Shown: piece by piece, positions 38,865 to 50,800 of the stretch
How positions within the stretch are numbered: the stretch's first letter is position 1
Layout of the letters: every line of letters begins with the position of its first letter
Assembly: GCF_006345805.1 (NCBI RefSeq)
Contig: NC_043001.1
Coordinates: 49,910,001-49,974,000 of the forward strand
Origin: Octopus sinensis
Taxonomy: Eukaryota
Reading direction: 5' to 3'
Length of the DNA: 64,000 nucleotides
Notes under the pieces: generated by a model
The model's database searches: none
Told to the model about the DNA's origin: nothing
The model's input: the letters and a program-made list of their open reading frames with translations, nothing else
Made by a program: the position numbers and the translations under genes

Positions 38865-39435
38865 TCTTTTATTTGTTTCAGTCATTTGACTGCAGCCATG
38901 CTGGAGCACTGCCTTTAGTTGAGCAAGTTGACCCAGGACTTATTCTTGGTAAGCCTAGTACTTATTCTATTGGTCTCTCTTGCCGAACCGCTAAGTTACG
39001 GGGATGTAAACACACCAGCATCAGTTGTCAAGTGATGTTGGGGGGGACAAACACAGACACACAAACATATACATACATACAAGTCTTTGGTGTAGCAATT
39101 GTACGCGGCTGAAGAAGGTTTTTGATCTACCTATTATATCTATTATATCAACTATGCATTGATGTAACAATAAGTTGTTCTATAAACCCGAAACATATGT
39201 ACCGCAAAATCCTTTGCGTCCTGTTTTTCATTTATTTCATTTGATACATATACATACATATATATATATATATATACGATAGGTTTCTTTCAGTTTCTAT
39301 CTACCAAATCCACTCACAAGGCTTTGCTCGGCTTGAGGCTATAGTAGAAGACACTTGCCCAAGCTGCCACACAGTGCAATTGAACCCGGAACCATGTGGT
39401 TGGTAAGCAAGCTACTTACTACACAGCCACTCCTG
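38865..39435 (-). mobile_element. SINE family A split by a hammerhead-bearing insert (~39082-39245)
   Basis: Tail half 38865-39080 and head half 39275-39435. Confidence 0.85.
39105..39205 (+). ncRNA. Type I hammerhead ribozyme with a long loop II
   Basis: GCGG-CUGAAGA-aGGUUU..~65 nt..AAACC-c-GAAAC-AUAU-GUA-CCGC. Stem I GCGG/CCGC, palindromic ACAUAUGU stem III, A.C mismatch at the base of stem II. Confidence 0.72.
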
Positions 39436-41149
39436 CACCTATATATGTATATATGTACATACATACACACACACAACACATATGTGTGTGAATGCAATTG
39501 CGAAATTATTTCTTTCTATATGGGTGTGTTAGATTTATGGAAAGTTAGTTATAATGAAGTGAACACTTACAATATAAAACAGACAGGCTGGCAAGAACCA
39601 AGCAGAAATATGATGAACCCGATGGGAAATGATGCAAGTGGGTGTATTATACATGCGTGTGTGTGTGTGTGTGTGGATGTGACAATGGAGTTATTATTTA
39701 GAATTGAAAATAACACCCCAAGACAAAAAAAAAAGCGAAACACATGTAAACATGAATAAGTAGAAAAATGTAGCAAGTGGGAAGGGAGGCTTCAGATATG
39801 TGCATGTGTGTGTGTGTGTAAGAGAAGGAAGGGTAGCTCGACAAAATTTATAAGCTTGAAATGCTGTACAGACTGTAAAATGATGTACAAAAGAAGTAGA
39901 CTTAGTTGGGAAATTAACCAGAAATGTTTTTATGTGCATGTGAATGTAGCATCAGAAGAGCCATACTTTGTCAATGCGATTATGCTTTGTGAATCTTTAA
40001 GTTGAAAATAAAATAAATATAAAATATTGTAATCATAAAGCGCAGGACCAAATTTTGGAGGAGGAGCATAGATTTCTTTCATACATGTGCATATGTTTTC
40101 AATGAATTTAGAAGAGTGTATATGGGCTTCTGTATATAGTCATTCAACTCATGCCAACATAGAAAACAGATATATGATAATAATAGTTGTGGTGATGACA
40201 AAGAAGTGTATATATTACACTACAAACAGTAAGCTTAACCCTAACAATTATAATCTCTGTTATAATATTGGTTTCAAATTTTGGCACAAGACCAGCAATT
40301 TGGGAGGAGGAAGTAATTCGATTAGATAGACCCCAGTACTCAACTAGAACTCATTTTATCAAACCTAAAAAAACAAAAGGTGAAGTCGACCTCAGTGGAA
40401 TTTGAACTCAGAACAAAGTCAAGAGAAATGCAACTAAGCATTTTGCCTGGATGATAGCAATTCCGCCAGCTCACTGCCTTAATCTCTGTTAGAATATTGG
40501 CCAATATCAATGTTGGCTCGTTGGTTGGTTGATTGACTGCTAGCCATGCTTCACATGATGTAGAAAGAGTGGGGAGAAAGTAGAGATACAGAAAGAGTCA
40601 ACACAAGAAATGCAAAATGAGTGCAGATATTAGGTTTGGTGGCAGGCAATGAGTAAACAAATTCTCAGCACTACAAAGAAACACATGCACACAAACACAC
40701 AGAGTAAGATAGGAAGAATCATAGACAAGAGGTGGAAAGTGTGTGTATACATGGAAGAGAGAGAGAGAGAGAAAGTGAGAGAACATGTGGGTGTATGAAC
40801 TTCCAAAATTTTTAAAAATCAGTTTGGAGAGTAATTTTTCTTACATTTTTTGAATATTGTTTTATTTAATTCTAAAGTAATAAACATTTTTTTCTTTTGA
40901 AAAGTAGTATTCATTGCATCAATTTTATTTAAGTATCAAGAAATATGATGAAAGTTGAACTACATTGTATGTATGCCATATTTCCTGATATTACTCATGG
41001 TAGCTGAAGTTGTACTACCAAAGTTATCCATCACATGATGGGTAATACTTTAGTTCTCCTAATAATAGTCACGACAGTTAGCTTGCAAACATGAAACAAA
41101 TATGCACACACACCCACCAAGCGAATGAGTGAGTGAAAAAGAGAGAGTG

Positions 41150-41390
41150 CATGCATGTGTATGTAGCTGTGTGGTAAGAAGTTTGCTTCCTAACCACATG
41201 GTTCTGGGTTCAGTCTCACTGTTTAGTACCTCAGGCAAGTGACTTCTATTACTGGCCCAGGCGAATCAACACTTTGTGAATGAACTTGAGAAGTGGAAGC
41301 TGAAACATGCTGTGTTTGTGAGTTGGTGTGTACACACACATTTATTTGTGTGTAAGTGTTTGTCCCCCAACACCACTTGACAGCCAATTA
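41150..41390 (+). mobile_element. SINE family A, 5' part
   Basis: Head and central region, followed by PLE and Helitron sequence. Confidence 0.75.
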
Positions 41391-41465
41391 TATATATAAT
41401 CGCATGTGTACCGTTGGAGATTTTTTTCCTCTGTCTTCCCTTCTCTGGATCTTTCGTTCTCCTAT

Positions 41466-41500
41466 GTTTCTGACGAAGAGCTCGGTTCGAAACGTTAAAC
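41466..41500 (+). ncRNA. Minimal type I hammerhead ribozyme with intact core, in a PLE-type pseudo-LTR fragment (~41400-41595)
   Basis: GUUU-CUGACGA-A-GAGC(ucg)GUUC-GAAAC-GUU-AAAC. Stem I GUUU/AAAC, stem II 4 bp, palindromic AACGUU stem III (dimeric form). Confidence 0.8.
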
Positions 41501-41601
41501 CTTCCTTCTTCCCTGAGCATCCAATAATACTATATTTGTTCCATGTCCTCGCATTGTTGTGTTTTCTCTTTGTGTTTTCATGTTTGGATTAACTATATAT
41601 A

Positions 41602-41996
41602 TCTTTATATATAAAAGTAAGGTTGTGTGTCTGTCTCCTACGATTTAGATTCCTAACTACTCCCACATTTTGCGGTGCAGTTTAACCAAAACCGGGTATC
41701 TTATAGTCGTGATTCATATCGAGCCCTTTTGGGTATTAGCGCGCGTCTACGATGAGTCTACGATTTAAAAAAAAATTTACCATCATTTTTTCCATTTTAA
41801 TGCATTTTTTCGCTATTATATAAGGGAAGTAACTCTCTAAAAATGTCTACGATGAGTCAACGATGTTTAAAAAAATTTACCATAATTTTTTTCCATTTTT
41901 AATGCATTTTTTTGGCTATTTTTTGGCTATAATTCTCTAAAAATGCTTTATAGTTATTTCCCTTACAAACCCGAGCAACGCCGGGCGATACTGCTA

Positions 41997-41997
<1 letters not shown>
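41602..41997 (+). mobile_element. Non-autonomous Helitron
   Basis: A|TC 5' end, subterminal hairpin cccgagcaacgccggg (41970-41985), CTAG|T 3' end and an internal ~95-bp tandem duplication. Confidence 0.9.
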
Positions 41998-42040
<43 letters not shown>

Positions 42041-42139
42041 CCATACACACAGTTTCATGCATTAGCTGCACAAAACTCTCAGTCCTTGAGTCACTCTATT
42101 CCTTCAGCTAAATATATATATGTGTGTGTGTGTGTGTGT

Positions 42140-42415
42140 GGAGGCGCAATGAGCCAGTGGTTAGGGCAGCGGACTTGCGGTTGTAGGATCATGGTTTTGA
42201 TTCCCAGACGGGGCGTTGTGAATGTTTATTGAACGAAAACACCCATAGCTCCACGAGGATCTGGCAAGGAGTGGTGGCGATCCCTGCAGTACTCTTTCGC
42301 CACAACTTTCTCTCACTCTTTCTTCTGTTGGCATCATTTGAAGGCTAAAACAATGCAAAGCGCATTGTGACCAGCGATATGTAGCAACATCTGATAGCCT
42401 AGTCGATCACGTGAT
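42140..42415 (+). mobile_element. tRNA-derived SINE family D
   Basis: A box (cagtggttagggc), B-box-like ggttttgattccc, and a 3' part shared with 19620-19700. Confidence 0.7.
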
Positions 42416-42423
42416 ATATATAT

Positions 42424-42504
42424 CATCATCATCATCATCATCATTTAACGTCCGCTTTCCATGCTAGCATGGGTTGGACGGTTCAACTGGGGTCTGGGGA
42501 GCCC
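42424..42504 (-). mobile_element. Extremely truncated RTE insertion (~60 nt plus tail)
   Basis: Nearly identical to the terminal 60 nt of the young RTE (22808-22865). Confidence 0.8.
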
Positions 42505-42555
42505 ATATATATATATATATATATATACACTCACACACATGTATACACATATATA

Positions 42556-43388
42556 TAGGGCGTGATGTGTAAATTGTTGCCATTTTATATTTTTTATTTT
42601 GCACATGTGCATTGTCTGATTCTGTTATCTGCACAATATAGTAGTTTCAGTTGGGCACCATCTGTGAGAAAAACAGCACCATAATGCAATTCACTCTACC
42701 AGAAATTTGGAAATGACATGCTGTAGTACTTAGTATTCATACCGGAAGCTCCAATATGAGTATTTCAGAGTGTTTGGGTGTCAATCTGAGAACATGTACT
42801 GAGAGTGATAAAACTCTAACATCCAGTCAACATCGTGGTGTTTCGAGCAATCACTTGTAATGGCGATATTATGTCTCTATTCATCTTCCCACATGGCCTC
42901 ACAATCAACATGGAGGCCTACATCAAGTGCCTTGAGGAAGTAGAGTTGCTGCTGGAAGACCCTGTGTCTGACAACAGGACTCTGCACTATGCCACAGAAG
43001 CAGGAGAACCCAGTCATAGCTGTCAGACAATTTCTGCGACCACATCACCCCTTAAATCTGGCCACCTAACTCCCCACACTGCAACCCCCTTGATTATTAT
43101 GTGCGGGGCACAGTTGAGTGAGAGACCAACAAAACTCCTTATAACACTAAAGATGAACTGAAGGCAAGGATTATGGCAGCATTCACCAAAGAGACCATCC
43201 AGAAGAGTTGCAGGAAATTCCAAAGTCATCTAGAGGCTGTGGTTGATGCGAATGGTGATTTTATTGAACAAATTTACTCTTTAGTATTTCAAGATATTTT
43301 TTTATGTAATTTTGGTAAATATATCTGTTCAAATGAGATGTCAGTGTTATTTTCATTATTGTGTAATTTAGACAACAGTTTATTCACC

Positions 43389-43392
<4 letters not shown>
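42556..43392 (+). mobile_element. Internally deleted maT (DD37D-like) Tc1/mariner element
   Basis: QQDSALCH, IWPPNSPHCNPLDYYV and QSHLEAVVDANGDFIE fragments; degenerate TIRs in TA context. Confidence 0.85.
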
Positions 43393-43438
<46 letters not shown>

Positions 43439-45607
43439 CTATTTCTATATTTGCCATCAACCAATATGGAGTAATTTATACCATGTAAAATATATATCAC
43501 ATACACTCATGATGTAAAAATTCCAAGTAACAGACAACTCTAAAGAAGAACTAAAACATTAATTTCAGCTTAGATTAATAGGGCAAAAATGTGAAGAACA
43601 AATTCACCAATTATGAAGTCTGTGTTTTCATTGCAGCCATGCAGAAGTATATATAACAGAAACATTTATAAAGCTTTTGTAGCTTTCATCTTTCATTATT
43701 TTCCCCTGAAGTGTGGCGGTGTGGATGGTGTAAAATTAGGAAAATAGAATTTATATTTGATTTGAAAATAACAAGTAGAAATATTAAATTCACTGTGTAC
43801 ATGTATTAGTACGTATGTGTATGTATATATATATATATATATATATGAGAAAGTATGTGTATTCATTAAATGAGTGTGCATGTGTCTATATGTTTGTGTA
43901 TTGAAAGAACCTACAATGAATACACTGCTAATCACCCTTTCCCAACACTTACCCAGCCAATCACATGCACATTATGATAAGGAAGGAAGGATACATAAGC
44001 ATAGAATAGAATCGTTTTTGTCTCCTACAAACATACTAGAATACAGAATTTACATGTTAACTGCAATGACATTTTAGCAGTTTTCAATTAAAACAAAAAC
44101 CAGTGTAAATAAAGATTTAAACAAACAAACAAAAAAAAAGTCCTCAAAACAACCTTTAATAAACAGACAGGAAAGTGTAAATAAGAGATGAAGTAGAGAA
44201 TCATTGCACAGTAGATCAAATGATGTATGGGGGGTAATATGGGGCCAGTGTTTATTAATCCACTGCAGAATCCTGAGCCACTACTAGCTAGACTAATTCT
44301 TCACCGAAACATACACTCTGAGTCAATAGTAATAGTGTTACAACTACCCAACAAAGCTTCCTTCAACCTCCTCCTCCTTCTCACAACATCTCTCTTTAAT
44401 ATTGTATTTGAATATCTTGAGTCTATATGACTCTCTCTCTCTCTCTCTCTGTACACACACATTCATCTATATATGTGTGAGTGTGTGTGAAAGTGTATTG
44501 ATTGATTGACTAGTTGGTTGATTGATCCATCCATTCTATCTTTCCAGATAGGTGCAAGAGTAAATGGTTGGTTGGTTGGATGGATTACAGCTAATAGAAC
44601 AGACAGTTGAAGAAGACAGGAAAAAAAAAATTTAAAAAAGGTAGGTAGCATGGTGGGTAGGTGTTACGTAGGTAGATAGGCAGCACTTTGGAAGCAGAAT
44701 GTATTAGAGGCATAGAAAATGGTGTATATTTAAAGGGAGAGGAGTAGAGAGAGAGGGGAGGAGGTGGAGCTGCAAAGAATGGGGAGAAGGAGAGAGAGAA
44801 AAAGAAAAGGATGGCGAGAAAAAGATGTGGTGGAAAATTATGGTTTAGCTAGTTATATTGATTTGTTTCAGTGGGGGTAAAGAGCAGCCATGTAGATAGA
44901 TGTATACAACAGCAGTAAATATGAAGGATTGGGAAGACGTAAGAGAGCAGACGCCATGTTTAAGTAGATATCAAACAGAAACAAGAGAAAACAAAACAAA
45001 ACAAAACAAAACTACCAGATACAATGTCAAGTACACACACAAGAAAATCAAGTACTGATTCCATTCTAATTTGCAAAAGGCATCAGCACTTTTGAGTATT
45101 ATATAGATTATTGTAACAGAAAAAAAAAAGAGAGGAAGAAGGAAAGAATTCAGAAAAATTCTTGTTTATTTGCTTCCAGAAAGAAGCATGATGATGATGA
45201 TAATAATAGCTATGGTTTTTGATTTGGCACAAGGCCAGCAGAAGAGGATCAGTCAATTACATCGTCTCTTGTACTTTTAGTGGAACTTTATTTCAGCACC
45301 ATGGTAACTGAATGGTACTTCGAACACAGAATATAAAGAATGTAGCATTTTCCCCACTGTTCTAATGAGTCTGCTAGTAAAATGCCTGAATAATGATCAT
45401 TATGTTTTCTATTATAGACTGAAATGGGGAAGGGGGTCGATTACATCATCTCCAGTGTTGAACTGGTACATATTTTATCAACCTCCAAAGGATGTAAGGC
45501 AAAGCTGACCATGGCAGAATGTGAAGCTGAAATAAATGCTGCTTAGCATTTTGTCCAGCATGCTAACAATTCTGCTAATTTGCAGCCAAAATAATAATGA
45601 TGATGAT

Positions 45608-48410
45608 TTCATTTATTTGCCACAAGTACGAAAAATGAGGGGGACAATACAAAGACAGATATAAAGTGTGGGTGTTTACATATTATGAAATGATAAAAAA
45701 AAAATGAAAGAAAGTATAAATGGTATACACTGAAAAAGGGATATATGCATAGCGTACAAAGGGTTTTAAAAAAAAAGTGGTGGGGGAAGATCATAGAGAT
45801 GTGGCCCTCCTGATACAAGAAGGCCCCTAGGGATAATTAAGGAACCCCACTGTCCGAGATTTCCCTGAAACCCCAGGAGTAAGTGCTCTTTCCAATTCCT
45901 TCTCTCCAACTCACAGAGAGGTACTATCCACTCTTGCCATTTTAGCAACTTTCACTCAGCTTTCAATAAACTCACTCGAGGACAGTGTTTCCCTCTCCAC
46001 TCTCAATTTCCTTTTCAAGTGAAACTTGAAGAAGTCAATGAGAGCTCTACCAAAGAGGAGCGTATCCGTCCTCATGCCTTTCAGCCTTGTCACAGTCACC
46101 AAGAAAAGGAAAACTGCCTTGTCTGCTTGATTGAAAGAGGGCAGCAGTGCAATCATCACAGACTTTGCCAACAGACAGATCTGTCCCATACCTGACAACA
46201 GCTGTTCAACATAACCCCACAAGTCAGCAATGTCTGGACATTGAACAAGGGCATACAGAATGGTTTCGTCACTGTGCACACCTGTGAAAAGCCCGTCTGA
46301 CAGCACATCTATGCCTGTAGAGTTTATCTCAAATGGGTAGCACCCCCACCTAGCACTGCCAGGCCAAGGGCATCTGGAAATTATTCATGATAGCTCCGAA
46401 CAGGTAAGTCCTCTGGAACAGACAAGCCAGTTTGTTCTTGTCAGCACCCAGAGTCTCTCCAAGAACACTGTCGCACTTTCCCGCCACTAATTCTCTATAA
46501 ATTTCTAAAGCAGAACATCGACCAAACCTATTGCTTGACAGGTAGAGGGTTGTGGGCGCCTGACAATATTCTAGGCACCAGGCACCCAGTCTTGGTTTTC
46601 TTCTTCACCCAGGACTGCAGCTCCATCAAGGAGATGAGCTGCAGAAAGACGAGTTTCACAAACGAAACCCACACACGTTCACCATCCAGAAATCATTGCA
46701 GGTGATATAACCTAAGAGTGTGCCTGTGCATTAGGAGCCACAGCATACCTAATCCGTCACTCAGAGGATGCTGACAACAGACTGACTGCTTGCCTGAATG
46801 CGTCCCTTCCACAAGAATTTAAGTAAGAGACACTCCAACCTGGTTAAGCAGTAACCAGGACAAGTCACGATAACCAGGTGGTAAATGATTACGTAAGCAT
46901 TTGCCACCACTGCTTGACCTTTCAGGGACAGCTTCCTCTCAGCCCATTTTTGGGTAAGACTGGCCACTCTGTTGGCTACCTCATCCCAGTTCCTCGAGTA
47001 GTTTAACTGGTCACCATCCATTGGTATCGTCCTACCTTTCCAGAAGCCCAACCACAAACCCACTCATTTTTCAGCATTGATTTTAGCCCCTGCAACCAAC
47101 TTGTATTCCTTTAAGATGGTGCCAACCATCTCCACTTCAGAGGCATCCAACACCATGATGGTGACATCGTCCATATATGTTGATACTGCCCTTCCTTGTC
47201 CCAGTTCAAAAGGGATGCCCCTTATCTGTTCCAACTTCTGAAGCAGTGGTTTGAGTACCAATATGTACAAAAGAGGCAACAGCGGGCAGCTCTGACAGAC
47301 TGAGCGTACAATGCCAAACAGCTCCATCAGCCTTTTCACTAACACCTTAGCCAAAATCTTAAACTCTGTGATTAGCAGAGTTATGGGCCAAAAATTCTCT
47401 AGTACATTGTCGGCATCCTTTCTCAGCAGTGTCACCACACCTCTGCTAACAGCACTAGGAATTCTCCCATTCTGTTGCCAGTTGTAGTAGACATCTGCCA
47501 AGAGGTCGCCAAACAAATCTGGCATGAATAAATAGGATTCATAGGACAGACCAACTAAACCAGGTGATCTGCAAATTGTGCAATCACTCATCGCCTCCCA
47601 AATTTCAGTAGCTGCTATTGACTTTTCACATAACCTTGCGTCAGCTGCCATGAGCTGCAGTAAGCCATCTAGGTACCTATTTCTTTACTACCCACTAGGG
47701 GCTAAACACAGAGGGGACAAACAAGGACAGACAAACGGATTAAGTTGATTACATCGACCCCAATGCGTAACTGGTACTTAATTTATCGACCCCGAAAGGA
47801 TGAAAGGAAAAGTCGACCGTGGTGGAATTTGAACTCAGAACGTAACGGCAGATGAAATACGGCTACGCATTTCACCCGGTATGTTAACGTTTCTGCCAGC
47901 TCGCCGCCTTAAAGTCTGAAGTCCAGTACCATCATTGACCAATTGTCCTCTCCAAACAGCTGTGTGAAGTGCTGCTGAAAAGCCGCACACATCTGCTTGA
48001 AGCTGCATAGCACACGCCCATCCCATTTTATGTCATGTCTCCCTCATTCGGACCCAGCTTTAGTTCCTTCCTGTTTGAGCACATGGGCCTTAGCTTTGAC
48101 AATACAATCTTCATGCTTTATTTTGAAGAAATGGTCAAGGGTCATTCTTGCCGCTAACACATCGGTCACAATGCCCTTTTTAACCTTTGAATTTGCTAAT
48201 TAGTTCACCCTCTAATCTATTCCTTTCTATTGCTAACTTTGCTAAATGCTATTAATTTTGCTCTAATTGCCCTCTTCAGGGAAGCCCACCACCAGTTGTT
48301 GACAATTGCTCCTGTCAACTGCTTCTTAACTAGTTCACTAGTCTGGTCCCTGTAATCTTTGTGTGCCAGAAAGGATGCACTTAACTTCCAGTGACCGGGT
48401 CCCTGTCTAC
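45608..48410 (-). mobile_element. Degenerate Tx1/L1-clade LINE interrupted by a SINE
   Basis: WKLSASFL (post-endonuclease), NFWPITLLITEFKILAK, QSCPLLPLLY, YMDD, WAERKLSLKG and a C-terminal ETILYALVQC knuckle remnant. AATAAA near 45610 and a SINE at 47668-47909. Confidence 0.85.
47668..47909 (-). mobile_element. SINE family B, inserted in the Tx1 LINE
   Basis: Full-length copy with CpGs retained. Confidence 0.9.
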
Positions 48411-48411
48411 A

Positions 48412-49105
48412 GGTTGGTTTCAAATTTTGCCACAAGGGCAGAAATTTGGTGGGAGGGGATGAGTTGATTACATTGACCCCAGCGTTTAACTGGTACTTAT
48501 TTTATCGACCTCCGAAAGGATGAAAAGTAAAGTTGACCTTGGCAGAATTTAAGCTCAGAACATAGCAGCAGTCAAAATACCACTGAATATTTTACCCAGT
48601 GTGCTAACAATTCTGCCAGCTTGCCACCATAATAATAATAATCCTTTCTACAAAAGTTACATGGCCTGAAATGTGGTAGTAAAAAATAGTCGATTATATT
48701 GTCCCTACTATGTGATTGATACTTAATTTTATTGACCCTGAAAAGATGAAAGGCCAAAATTTGAACACAGAACTTCAATGAGGTCAATAATTAAAATTAG
48801 GATTTCTAACATAAATTTTTTTCTAGCACAATTTGTGATGCAGGGATTACAGTCAATTAAGGCAACCTATTATTTGACTGGGTTGGTTTAATTGTAAGAG
48901 TATTTCTAGCATTGATACAAAACCACTGATTTGAAGGGAGGGAAGGTTGGTGAATTAAATCAACATCAATACTCAACTGAGTCTTAATTTCATTGACCCT
49001 GGAAGGATGAAAGGCAAGGCTGACTTCAGTGGGATTTGAACTCAGAGTGCAAAGATCTAAAATAAATGCTACATGGCATTTGTTCAACATAATCAATTCT
49101 ACCAA
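48412..49105 (-). mobile_element. Cluster of three co-oriented SINE family B copies
   Basis: Copies at ~48412-48628, 48642-48775 and 48905-49105. Confidence 0.8.
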
Positions 49106-49689
49106 TACACTGACTTATTATAATCATGACAAATTTATCACCAGAGAGAGTGGGGAGAGAGAGAGAAAGAAAAAGAGATATGAATAAGACAAAGGGGTGT
49201 GGTAAGCAATTGCTTTGAAAGATAGCATGGAAGGCAGAGATTAAACAATGATGATAATGACATGTACACACATTTTTCTAATTACTTTGTGGAATGCCTC
49301 AACAGGTGCAGTTTCCTGTGTAGGAACTGAGATGAATGGATGATTTTTAGGCCAGATTTTCTAGGCCTTTCCCTAGTTGGGGTAAACTGTGCAATTCTTA
49401 GACAGGTTTGCTTTGGTCACTCCATAGTCTCTTAAGAGCAGCTACCAGCATATTCAGACCTTCTCCTGTTACCAGACTGTCCATCTCTGGCAAACTTATA
49501 GAGATCTAAAATGTACATTGCAAGAACAATATTTGTGCATTGAAGTTTTGTAGAGGCAATGCATTTCCCAACATTACTATCTTTATTGTAAAAAAAAAAA
49601 AGATGGATTCAATGGCAAGAAGACCTAAGACAACTAACTAATACCTCTTCCTAGCTGCAGAAAGTTGCTCGAGATCTAGTTAGTAAGAA

Positions 49690-50800
49690 ATGACCTTTAG
49701 TGTTTAGACCAGCCAAAAATTATCCCCCTTTGTTTGAACTGGCCAAATCCGGCCGTATCTGATTCCTCTACGAAATCACTAAAAAAGTAAACAAATCCCA
49801 TTATTGAATTTTCGTAGCTTTGAGATAATGTGAGAAAGCCTTTCCTGCCTTTATTCAAATAAAAATACTATGAAATTTTTGAGGCTTCTTGGTTTTTTTC
49901 AACATTTGAAGAGAAGTTGTATATCTTAGTTTTTAACGATATGGCATTAGCAAGTAGCGATTCTGACTTTGAAGGTTTTACTCTTGATGATGTACAAAAT
50001 ATAAACAAAACCAGTGATTTGTCTTTGGACGAGTCATATTGATGTTTATGAATCTTTGTCGGACAAGAAAGATTTTGATAATGAAAATGATGAAAATGAT
50101 ATTGCAAACATTATGGCAACATGGTTGAAGATTACTACATCAACCACAATTCCTGATTTCACAGAAAAGACTAGTCCACAATACAGTCTACCTCTCAATG
50201 CTCAACCACTGGACTAGTTATTTTTACCGAAAAGGATTTTTGAAAATGTCATGGAGGAAAGAAATATGCTCAATGCATAATTCCTATTCATGGGAGACCT
50301 GATCTACTATGGCAGCCAACTGATACTGCGGAAATGCAAGCTTTTTTTACAATAAACATCATGTTTGGCATCAAGCAGTTTCCTCAACTGTGGAACTACT
50401 GGAATCCTGATATGAAGTATGGTGATCCATATACCTCCAGCATTATGTCTAACTATAGTTACTTGATATATTGTTTATGTAAAAAGCCACAAAGTACCTC
50501 TGCCACCAAAGGACGACAACCATTTGAAATTTCAGGTTGACATCACATCTCAGTTATGTGAGGGCTTTTCTTCCAGAAAGTGCAGAACTGGGAGGAAAGC
50601 AAAATTAACTGAAGTGGGTGTCAGAGAAAATATTAACCTCCATTAGGTGGAAAAAATGAATGAAGGGAAATAAGTTTGCAGACTGTGTTCACTGCAAAAG
50701 GATATCAGGTTGAGACCTCATATATGTGTTCGTTTTACCCTAGTGTAAAGGTTTCATGATAGAAATATGACATAACTATATTTTGTTGTTTGATAGTAAT
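49690..50800 (+). mobile_element. Degenerate piggyBac transposase relic (PGBD-like)
   Basis: Left end resembles the MITE-1 end. Acidic N-terminus from 49941 (MALASSDSDFEGF), WQPTDTAEMQAFF..MFGIKQFPQLWNYW and a Cys-rich C-terminal remnant near 50685. The right TIR is unresolved. Confidence 0.75.

Noticed and set aside
39735-39755. GAAAC-ACAU-GUA resembling a hammerhead 3' half
   Set aside because: There is no CUGAnGA partner upstream.
49270-49503. Minus-strand exon-like segment with acceptor and donor
   Set aside because: Stops in all three frames and no recognisable product.
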